From NCBI GenBank assembly GCA_902826695.1, contig CADEFU010000013.1:1-64000 (forward strand): DNA of 64,000 nt, in the 5' to 3' direction. The stretch comes from an uncultured Alphaproteobacteria bacterium. GTDB taxonomy: Bacteria; Pseudomonadota; Alphaproteobacteria; Micropepsales; Micropepsaceae. Shown here piece after piece: positions 20,299 to 28,143 of the stretch; the first letter of the stretch is position 1, and every line of letters begins with the position of its first letter. The translations under genes were made by a program, and so were the position numbers. The notes under the pieces were generated by a model. That model was not told the DNA's origin. It did not search any database and saw nothing but the letters and a program-made list of their open reading frames with translations.

Positions 20299-21821
20299 GT
20301 ATGCCCGGCACAACGGCTTGGTTTGCCGCGCACGAACTGCGTCTCACCTGGCGCGAGACGTTCGCCATGCTCACCGGCGGCAAGCCGGAGCGGCTGAGAA
20401 AGGTCGCGGCGGGCGTTTTGATCTTCATCGCCGTCATGCATGTCGTCGCTTACTTCGCGGTGGGGCGCCTTGCCGATGCGGGGCTCGATCACGATCTGCG
20501 CACGCTGATCGCGGTGATGGCAGGGGTGCTGCTATCGGGGACGGCGGTTCTGTCTCAAGCGATGGAAAGCGTGACGCGTACGTTCTATACGCGCTCGGAC
20601 CTCGAGCTGATTTTGAGCTCGCCGGTTCAGGCGCACCGGTTGTTTGCGGTGCGGATTGCCGCCATTGCGCTCGGCGTGAGTGCAATGGCGCTGCTCTTCC
20701 TGGGGCCGTTCATCAACGTTCTGGCTTGGCTCGGCGGCGTACGCTGGCTTGGGGCGTATGGGGTGATCGTTGCGGTCGCGCTGACAGCGACAGCGCTTGC
20801 GGTTGCTTTGACGGTTGCGATGTTTCAGACGATCGGGCCGAAGCGAACCCGGCTGATCGCGCAGATCGCGGCGGCGGTAATCGGCGGCTTGTTCGTGATC
20901 GGGCTGCAGATCGCGGCGCTGTTTTCGACCGGGACGATGTCACGCTTGGCGTTTCTGCAATCCGACACGATGGTTGCGCTGGCGCCTGCCATGGACAGCA
21001 TCCTGTGGTGGCCGGCCCGCGGCGCACTTGGCGACGTGTCGGCGATGCTGGCCGTCGTCGCATCGAGCGTCGTGTTGTTTGTGCTGACGACGGCGCTCTA
21101 CGCGCCGCGCTTTGCACAGTTTGTGCTGGCGGCGTCCAGTGTTTCGCGAGGCCATGAGGTGGCGGGACGCGCTCGCGCATTTCGTGTTGCGACGACCGGC
21201 GGAACCTTGCGGCGAAAGGAACGCGTCCTGATCATGCGCGATCCGTGGCTGATATCGCAGTCGCTGATGCAGTTGCTTTATCTGCTGCCACCGGCGCTGA
21301 TGCTTTGGCACAGCTTCGGATCGGCCGGCGGAGCGGAGATCGTGCTCGTGCCGGTTCTGATCATGTCGGCGGGACAGCTTGCGGGTGCGCTTGGCTGGCT
21401 TGCGATTTGCGGCGAGGATGCACCCGATCTCGTCATGACGGCGCCGGTTGCGCCAGGCCAATTGTTGCGTGCGAAGATCGAGGCGGTGATGCAGTGCATC
21501 GGCGTCGTGTTCCTGCCGTTCGTCATCGCCATCGCCGCGCTTTCGCCCAATGCCGCCGCAATCGCGGCGTGCGGGATTGCAGCGTCGGCCGGATCGGCGA
21601 CTGCGATCCAGTTCTGGTTTCGCTCGCAAGCCAAGCGCAATCAATTCCGGCGACGCCACACATCTTCGCGCATCGCGACGTTGTCGGAGGCTTTCGTGTC
21701 GATCGCTTGGGCGGGTACGGGTGCGCTGGCGGTCGCCGGTAACCCGATCGGGATTGTGACCGGGGTGATCGCTGTCGGCATCGTTTTGACCGTTAGGTCG
21801 TTCGCACCCGCTACGCGTTAG
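20295..21821 (+). CDS. Polytopic membrane protein of the putative-ABC-exporter type (508 aa)
   Basis: At least 10 predicted hydrophobic helices and no soluble domain. It is start-stop coupled to the upstream ATPase. Confidence 0.6.
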   Translation: MSMPGTTAWFAAHELRLTWRETFAMLTGGKPERLRKVAAGVLIFIAVMHVVAYFAVGRLADAGLDHDLRTLIAVMAGVLLSGTAVLSQAMESVTRTFYTRSDLELILSSPVQAHRLFAVRIAAIALGVSAMALLFLGPFINVLAWLGGVRWLGAYGVIVAVALTATALAVALTVAMFQTIGPKRTRLIAQIAAAVIGGLFVIGLQIAALFSTGTMSRLAFLQSDTMVALAPAMDSILWWPARGALGDVSAMLAVVASSVVLFVLTTALYAPRFAQFVLAASSVSRGHEVAGRARAFRVATTGGTLRRKERVLIMRDPWLISQSLMQLLYLLPPALMLWHSFGSAGGAEIVLVPVLIMSAGQLAGALGWLAICGEDAPDLVMTAPVAPGQLLRAKIEAVMQCIGVVFLPFVIAIAALSPNAAAIAACGIAASAGSATAIQFWFRSQAKRNQFRRRHTSSRIATLSEAFVSIAWAGTGALAVAGNPIGIVTGVIAVGIVLTVRSFAPATR

Positions 21822-22402
21822 AAGCTTGAACCCGGCTCACGCAGGAAGGACTCTTCCTCGGGCGTGCTTTGGCGGCCCAGGATTGCGTTGCGGTGCGGGA
21901 AGCGGCCGAAGCGGGCGATGACCGCGTGGTGGCGCTCGGCGTAGGTGACGATGTCAACCTCGGGGGCGTCGTTGGCCAGTTGCCGGAATAAGCGGACGGA
22001 TTCTTCTTGCGTGGCCAGATCTTCCGCGTGTTCGAACGGCAGGTAGACGAATTGCCGCCACACGCCGGGCAAGCCGCGATCCACGCCGGCGGCGACGGTC
22101 TCACGGGCGGCCGCGAGTGCGCGGGGGTCGCCTGCGAACGATTTCGGCGTGCCGCGATGGACGTTGCGGGTGAATTGGTCGAGGACGACGATGTAGGCGA
22201 CGGTGCCTTCAGCGGTCTCGCGCCAACTGTCGAGCCTTCCCGTCAGGGCCTCGTCGATCAAGCCGCCGAAGCGGCGGCGGATCTCGCTGTCGAAGGCGTC
22301 ATCCTTCTTGAACCAGACGGCGCGCGTGCGATTGTGTTCGGGCGCACCGGGACTTGCGAACCAGAAGTCGAGGACTTCACGAATGCGTGGGTCTGTAGCC
22401 AT
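21818..22402 (-). CDS. DUF924 family protein
   Basis: N-terminus MATDPRIREVLDFWFAS..., then AVWFKKDDAFD and YIVVLDQFTRNV, the characteristic DUF924 blocks. ATG confirmed. Confidence 0.65.
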   Translation of the reverse strand: MATDPRIREVLDFWFASPGAPEHNRTRAVWFKKDDAFDSEIRRRFGGLIDEALTGRLDSWRETAEGTVAYIVVLDQFTRNVHRGTPKSFAGDPRALAAARETVAAGVDRGLPGVWRQFVYLPFEHAEDLATQEESVRLFRQLANDAPEVDIVTYAERHHAVIARFGRFPHRNAILGRQSTPEEESFLREPGSSF

Positions 22403-22450
22403 GTTTCGCTCGACTCCGCGGCCGGTTGCTCTTTGGTTTTCTCATCCTAC

Positions 22451-23410
22451 CTATATATCGATCAGTTCGGCGAATTTCTTCAGGTCCACGTTTCCGCCCG
22501 AGACGATGCAGACGATCGGGCCCGGACCTGCTTTGCCGGTGAGCGCGGCGGCCACAGGAAGCGCGCCGGCGCCTTCGGCGATGACGCGCGATTTCTCCGC
22601 CATCAGACGCATGGCCTTACGGGTTTCATCGAGCGTCACCACAATCGCGCCATCGACGACGGGTTTCATGCGCTCCCACATGCGCGGGAAGACGCTTTGG
22701 CCGCCGGCGCCATCCACGAACGATGCTTGCCAGGCGGGGAACCTGCTCGGCGCGCCTTGCTTGAGCGAGTAGGCGTAAGGGGCGGCGGTTTCGGGTTCAG
22801 CCCCGAGGATTCTGATCGCGGGGCGTTTGGCCTTCATGACGCTGCCGACGCCGGTGATGAGGCCACCGCCGCCGATGCCCGCGATAACCGCGGCGGTGTC
22901 GGGCGCATCTTCGAGGATTTCGAGCGCCATCGTGGCGTGGCCGGCGATGAAGTTGTGGTCGTCGAAGGAGTGAATGAACGTGCCGTCGACGCCATCGAAG
23001 GCGTGATCTTCGACGGCCCTCCAGGCAACATCGTAGGGCACGAGAACAAGTTTGGCGCCGAGGGCGCGCATCCGGTCGAGCTTCGACTGCGGCGCGGTTT
23101 CGATGGCGACAACCGTGCAGGGCACGCCAGCGGCGCGCGCGGCATAGGCGACGCCCTGCCCAGCGTTGCCGGCGCTCACCGTCCAGACGCCGCGTTTGCG
23201 CTCGGCGTCGCTCAGCATCGCGACGGCGTTCGCGGCGCCGCGGAGCTTGTAGGCGTTGATCGGCTGTAGGTTTTCGAGTTTCAAGCGGATATCGGGGGCG
23301 CCGGAGCCCAGTTCCAGGCGCACCAGCGGCGTGCGCAGCACGGTGGCGGCAATACGCGCTCGGGCGGCCTCGACGTCAGCCAAACTAATGGGGCGAACAG
23401 GCTCGGGCAT
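22451..23410 (-). CDS. PLP-dependent threonine/serine dehydratase family enzyme
   Basis: INAYKLRGA lysine motif and the glycine loop GGGGLITGVG of fold-type II PLP enzymes. Confidence 0.8.
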   Translation of the reverse strand: MPEPVRPISLADVEAARARIAATVLRTPLVRLELGSGAPDIRLKLENLQPINAYKLRGAANAVAMLSDAERKRGVWTVSAGNAGQGVAYAARAAGVPCTVVAIETAPQSKLDRMRALGAKLVLVPYDVAWRAVEDHAFDGVDGTFIHSFDDHNFIAGHATMALEILEDAPDTAAVIAGIGGGGLITGVGSVMKAKRPAIRILGAEPETAAPYAYSLKQGAPSRFPAWQASFVDGAGGQSVFPRMWERMKPVVDGAIVVTLDETRKAMRLMAEKSRVIAEGAGALPVAAALTGKAGPGPIVCIVSGGNVDLKKFAELIDI

Positions 23411-23566
23411 TGGTTATCCGTTGATCAAACAACAACGCGCAGCATGCGCATCAAGCTACAGGTAGGAAGTGTGTACCGGAATTAAGCTTTGGCCGCAGCA
23501 GAGTTCATGGGGAGTTTACGCGCTAAGCCATAGAATTTTCAGTCCAAGTCAGTACACGAGCGAGCG

Positions 23567-25474
23567 ATGGTGGACACACCCGTCCTAGAGCCCCAGACCG
23601 AGCAGCGAAAGCCAATGCGTTGGCATCGCGTCTACTTTCTGTTGGCCGGGTTCGACATCCTTGCCATCGCGGGGAGCCTCTATCTCAGCCATCAGCTGAT
23701 GACGATTTTCAGGTCGTCGGTCGAGGTCAATCAGGTTTGGGCCGACAAGCTGTCCGACCTTTCAGACCTGGGAACGGCCGCGGGCGCGGTCAATGCACCG
23801 GGCAACGACGTGTTCGATTCACATGACGTTGCCGGCGAAATTGCGCGCGAGACGGTCGCCCTTGCCCAATTCAGCAAGCAGCTTTCGCTTCTGCAGCGCT
23901 CGATCGACGCGGTCCCCGATGCCGAAGCGCGCGGAACTCTCAAGCGTAGTGCGGAACGGATCGACGCCGCGATGACGGAAATGCTTGGTGAGTCGAGCCG
24001 CATCTTTGCCGACTTCCGCTCGCGCGACGCGGTCTCGGCCGGCCGGCGCATGGCGACGATGGACCGCAAGTTTGCGGCACTCAGCGCCGAAATTGCCGCG
24101 ACCGCGAAGTCAGTGCGCGAGATTCAGCGCAGTCACTTTCAAGCTCAAGTCGCCGACGCAGCGCGTCTTGGGTTGTTCGAGTACGTGTTCGCGGCGACGA
24201 TTGCGCTGATGGTGGCGGCGGCACTTCTCTATGGGCGTCGGATCTCTCACGCGTTCAAACAGAGCGAGAGCGAACGAGCGGCGCATACGGCCCAACTTGA
24301 GGAAGTCTCGGAGCGTTTGCGAGACGCGGCCGTCGACGCAACCCTCGCGGTCAAGGCGAAAGCCGACTTTTTGGCGACGATGAGCCATGAGATTCGCACG
24401 CCAATGAACGGCGTTTTGGGAATGTCGGATGTACTGTTGGAGACGCAACTGACCGCCGAACAGCGCCGCGCGGCTAAGACGATCCGCGAGTCCGCGGAGG
24501 GACTGCTGAACACTCTCAACGACCTCGTAGAGTTCTCCAGTCTTGAAGCGGGCGCGATCGCGCCCGAGGAGGCGCCCTTCGATTTGCACGAACTGCTGCA
24601 CTGCGCCGTGGCGATCGTAAGGCCGCGCATACAGGGCAAACCTATTGCGCTGAGCCTGACGATTGGCGCCAACGTGCCGCGGAGCATTTGCAGCGATGCC
24701 GGGCGCGTCAAGCAGGTTGTGCTCAATCTTCTGGGTAACGCCGCCAAGTTCACTGAGCGCGGATCGATCGCGCTAAATGCGTCGGTGACGGCCGGCAACA
24801 TGCTTCGGGTCGAGGTTTGCGATACGGGCATTGGGATCGCGGCCGAGAATCTGCCGCTGCTGTTCAATAGCTTTCAGCGCGCGGACGTCACGGTCGCGCG
24901 AAAGTTTGGCGGTTCGGGATTGGGACTCGCGATATCGAAGCGGCTTGTCGAACTGCTGCGCGGCCGCACAGGCGTCGAAAGCGCGCGCAAAGTGGGGTCG
25001 AGCTTTTGGTTCGAGATTCCGCTTGTCGCAGCGCCCTCAAACGCCATGGATGCAAGCTACAGCGCCGCAACGGTTGCCACCGGCGAGGTGCTGGCCGCTC
25101 AGGCGTCCGATGCGCCTGCGGAGAGCGACCCCATTGTCGATTGGAATGCCTTGGAGAGGTTTCGCGCGGATGCGGGCGACGACACGTTGGCACTGTTGAT
25201 CGATACGTATCTGTCATCGACCAGCGAGATGCTTGCCCGTTTTGCGGCAATCGCGCGCGGCGAGGGCGACCTCAAGGAAGCTTTGCGGATCGCGCACTCG
25301 ATCAAGAGCTCCAGTCGTCAGGCCGGTGCGCCGACGCTGGCGAACCTCGCTGCGGCGCTTGAAGCGCGGGCAGTCGAGGGAGGGGCGCCGAACCCAACGG
25401 AGGCGACAGAGATGGCGCGCCTGTTTGAGATTTACCGGGCAGCCCTCGCGAACAAGGGAATGGCGGCAGCCTAG
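23567..25474 (+). CDS. Transmembrane sensor histidine kinase with a C-terminal HPt domain and no receiver domain
   Basis: One N-terminal TM helix, H-box SHEIRTPMNGVLGM, N/G boxes (LLGNAAKFT, GGSGLGLAISK) and a C-terminal HPt motif AHSIKSSSRQAGAPTLANLAAALE. No D-containing receiver block is seen between them. Confidence 0.85.
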   Translation: MVDTPVLEPQTEQRKPMRWHRVYFLLAGFDILAIAGSLYLSHQLMTIFRSSVEVNQVWADKLSDLSDLGTAAGAVNAPGNDVFDSHDVAGEIARETVALAQFSKQLSLLQRSIDAVPDAEARGTLKRSAERIDAAMTEMLGESSRIFADFRSRDAVSAGRRMATMDRKFAALSAEIAATAKSVREIQRSHFQAQVADAARLGLFEYVFAATIALMVAAALLYGRRISHAFKQSESERAAHTAQLEEVSERLRDAAVDATLAVKAKADFLATMSHEIRTPMNGVLGMSDVLLETQLTAEQRRAAKTIRESAEGLLNTLNDLVEFSSLEAGAIAPEEAPFDLHELLHCAVAIVRPRIQGKPIALSLTIGANVPRSICSDAGRVKQVVLNLLGNAAKFTERGSIALNASVTAGNMLRVEVCDTGIGIAAENLPLLFNSFQRADVTVARKFGGSGLGLAISKRLVELLRGRTGVESARKVGSSFWFEIPLVAAPSNAMDASYSAATVATGEVLAAQASDAPAESDPIVDWNALERFRADAGDDTLALLIDTYLSSTSEMLARFAAIARGEGDLKEALRIAHSIKSSSRQAGAPTLANLAAALEARAVEGGAPNPTEATEMARLFEIYRAALANKGMAAA

Positions 25475-25500
25475 TTACGGGTTATGAGGGGCCGCTCTAC

Positions 25501-26052
25501 CTAGTGGCGAGCGATGTTTTGTCCGCCACGCCTCACCTTCATCGTGACGTCAACGTTGCCCGCCTTTTCGAACGTCAGCGTGACCGGGATCGTCTCGCCT
25601 TCGGTGAACGGGGCGTCTACGTCGATGAACATCACGTGGAGGCCATCTTCCTTCAGAACTGCCGAACCGCCCGGCGGCACTTCGATGCCGCCGGCCACCG
25701 GGCGCATCTTGGCGACGGTGCCTTCAAGCACGATCTCATGAATCTCGGTGCGGGCGGCACGCGGGCTGGTGGCGCTGACGAGCCGGTCGCTTTCGATGCC
25801 GCCGTTTGCCACGACGAAATATCCGGCGGCGACCTTTGCACCCTTCGGCGAGATGAGCGCCCATGCATTGGCGATCGCCAGGGTTGAAGCGGATTGCGGC
25901 GGCGTGATCGACTTCACGCCTGCAGGCTCTGCGGCGGCCGCCACTTGCGTGTTCGCGTCCGGCTCGCTTGCGGTAACGAGTTCATCGTCGCTACCAAAGT
26001 ACGAACAAGCGGTGAGCGACGTCAGAGCCAGAAGAGCGATGGCGCGTTTCAT
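25501..26052 (-). CDS. Copper chaperone PCu(A)C (DUF461)
   Basis: Signal/lipobox (LTSLTACS), a beta-sandwich size of 183 aa, and conserved His/Met positions (EIHEIVLEG...MRPV...LHVMFIDV). Confidence 0.75.
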   Translation of the reverse strand: MKRAIALLALTSLTACSYFGSDDELVTASEPDANTQVAAAAEPAGVKSITPPQSASTLAIANAWALISPKGAKVAAGYFVVANGGIESDRLVSATSPRAARTEIHEIVLEGTVAKMRPVAGGIEVPPGGSAVLKEDGLHVMFIDVDAPFTEGETIPVTLTFEKAGNVDVTMKVRRGGQNIARH

Positions 26053-26150
26053 GAATTGATTCTCCCACGGGGTCGCGAGGACTATGCCGTGTCCGAACGG
26101 CGCACCAGCGATCGGTGCGCCGTTCGGACAAAATTTCCCCAGGGCCAGCG

Positions 26151-26804
26151 TTACTCGGCGGCCTCTGCCGCGCGGCGCGTTGCCGCTGTTTCGCGGTAGC
26201 GCACGGTTGCGATGGCTGCATCCACGAGGCCGAACGCAAACGTCTCATCCAATTCGCCGTGACCATTCAGTAGACGATAGAGAATGGGACCGTAGACCAC
26301 GTCGGCCACGAGTTCCTGGTCGGTGTCGAATGGGCTCTCGCCGCGAAGCTGCGCACGGCCCAGAATCGCGCGCATGACGCCGCGATGGGCTTCCATCAAC
26401 TGCGTGCGGAACGCTTCGGCGAAGCGCGGGTCGGCTTGCGCTTCGGCGATTAGCGCACGGTAGACAGGGCCACGGCGCTGCGCGAGTGCGCGTACCGTCG
26501 TGCGGACCAATTCCAGCAAGTCGCCCTTTAGCGAGCCGGTGTCCGGCGCGATCGTTTCCTGCTCAGGCATGTCTGCCGCGAGCGCTTCGAGCACGATGAA
26601 CGCCGCAGACGGCCACCAACGGTAGATCGTCTGCTTCGAAACACCCGCCCTGGCGGCGATTGCCTCAATGTTTAGGGCGGCATAGCCGTCGTTTTGAAGA
26701 ATATGCATCGCCGATTGAATGATCGCGCGACGCGACTCCGCACTGCGCGGACGGCCGGCACGCGGTTTCGAAGGCTGAGCTGCTTCCAAATCTGATTGTG
26801 TCAT
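26151..26804 (-). CDS. TetR/AcrR family transcriptional regulator
   Basis: N-terminal HTH: AIIQSAMHILQNDGYAALNIEAIAARAGVSKQTIYRWWPS. Confidence 0.9.
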   Translation of the reverse strand: MTQSDLEAAQPSKPRAGRPRSAESRRAIIQSAMHILQNDGYAALNIEAIAARAGVSKQTIYRWWPSAAFIVLEALAADMPEQETIAPDTGSLKGDLLELVRTTVRALAQRRGPVYRALIAEAQADPRFAEAFRTQLMEAHRGVMRAILGRAQLRGESPFDTDQELVADVVYGPILYRLLNGHGELDETFAFGLVDAAIATVRYRETAATRRAAEAAE

Positions 26805-26904
26805 GAGCCCCTCGACTCAAAAGATCCCCAGTGATCGCGGTCCCGCGCGAATCACTTTCATCTGCCCAGGGTGTTCGTGAGCGCTTCGAGGGTCAAGCGT
26901 TGAT

Positions 26905-26952
26905 GAACGATTTATTGAGTCGCGGCAGTCAGAGAACGATTTATTGAGTCGC
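26905..26952. repeat. Tandem direct duplication of a 19-bp unit GAACGATTTATTGAGTCGC separated by 10 bp
   Basis: Copy 1 is at 26905-26923 and copy 2 at 26934-26952. Copy 2 contains the rodZ-like stop codon (minus strand ...GCGACTCAATAA). Both sit about 100 bp upstream of the TetR gene start. Confidence 0.6.
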
Positions 26953-28011
26953 TGCCATGCGCTCTAAAAAATACGAAGGGTCGAGCGGCACACGTGTGAT
27001 TACTTCTCCGCTTCGTCCCATAACCCCAAGTGAACGCCCATCTACTTCGACTTGGAGGCCACCGGCGTTACCCGTCTGCATGATGAGTCCAACGCGGTCC
27101 GGCGGGCTGTAGGACTCGCCTACGTTGAGGACGCGCGCGATCAGAATTGAGCGCGAGCGTGGCAATTTTGGATCGCGAATCTGAATGTATGTCGGCTCAA
27201 CCGCCTTCAGGTTGATTCGCGACGCGGGCTCTACCGGCACCGGCGCTTGTGATTCGCCGGACGGCAGCGCGGCTTCGGCAACGGTGAACGGCGCGACCGC
27301 CGGAAGTGCGGGGGCCGGCTGATCGGGAAGAGGTTTGTTGCCGGCGACGAAGCTCACCGCCACTTCGACGGGCGCACGTTGCGAATCGCCAAGCGCGCCG
27401 GACGCTGCATCCGGCTTTGGCGGCGCTGCAATTGGCTTTGCCGGCTCGACGACGACCGCAGCTTCTTCGGCGTGGGCGACCGTCGCCTGCTGGCGGCCCG
27501 GGATGGTCAGGTACGAGATGCCGTAGATCACCATCGAGATCGCGAGTGCGAGAACGAGGATCGAGCCACCCGGTGCTCGGTATTCTTCGCGCGCCTTCGG
27601 GAACACGAGGTCGACGGGTTTGTCGTTCTCTTGGCCCAGCGTTTCGTCCTTGAAGCGCTGAACGACCATTTCGGCGTCCAGGCCAAGGTGGCGTGCGTAC
27701 GAGCGAACGAAGCCCACCGCATACGTGCGGCCAGGCAGCTTTGCGAGGTTGCCGGTTTCGATCGCCTCAAGTTGTTCGTGGCGCATCTTCAGCAGGCGCG
27801 CAACGGCGGCCGCGTCTTCGCCGCGGGCGATGCGCGCGTCGCGCAGCGCCGTTCCAACGGTTTCGCGCGGCAGTTCGGGCGCTGCTTCGGCTTGAGGTTC
27901 GGATTGCGGTGCGAGCTGCACGTCCGCGGATTCGACCGAGACTTCGCGCAAGTGCAATCGGCGGCGCTCTTTGCGCGCTTCACTGGACAGCGTTTGCGTC
28001 TGCTCGCTCAT
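26941..28011 (-). CDS. rodZ: RodZ-like cytoskeleton protein (HTH_XRE + TM + DUF4115)
   Basis: HTH LRDARIARGEDAAAVARLLKMRHEQLEAIE, TM segment ILVLALAISMVIYGISYL, Pro/Ala linker, and a C-terminal beta domain. The start was moved to the ATG at 28011 (MSEQTQ). Confidence 0.7.
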   Translation of the reverse strand: MSEQTQTLSSEARKERRRLHLREVSVESADVQLAPQSEPQAEAAPELPRETVGTALRDARIARGEDAAAVARLLKMRHEQLEAIETGNLAKLPGRTYAVGFVRSYARHLGLDAEMVVQRFKDETLGQENDKPVDLVFPKAREEYRAPGGSILVLALAISMVIYGISYLTIPGRQQATVAHAEEAAVVVEPAKPIAAPPKPDAASGALGDSQRAPVEVAVSFVAGNKPLPDQPAPALPAVAPFTVAEAALPSGESQAPVPVEPASRINLKAVEPTYIQIRDPKLPRSRSILIARVLNVGESYSPPDRVGLIMQTGNAGGLQVEVDGRSLGVMGRSGEVITRVPLDPSYFLERMAATQ

Positions 28012-28143
28012 CGGCGGTGTCCGCATCCCACTCGTTTGGTTCTTGGTCTGGCTGCACGCAGCAACGTGCATCGACAAGGCGTAGTCTACACTTTTGTCAG
28101 TTAAATATTGCAAAACAAAGGCGGCCGGGCAAACGGCTTTGCG

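Noticed and set aside
22007-23269. 420-aa plus-strand ORF spanning the DUF924 and dehydratase genes
   Set aside because: Antisense to two confirmed minus-strand genes, crosses their intergenic gap, and has Gly/Arg/Asp-rich composition. Spurious.
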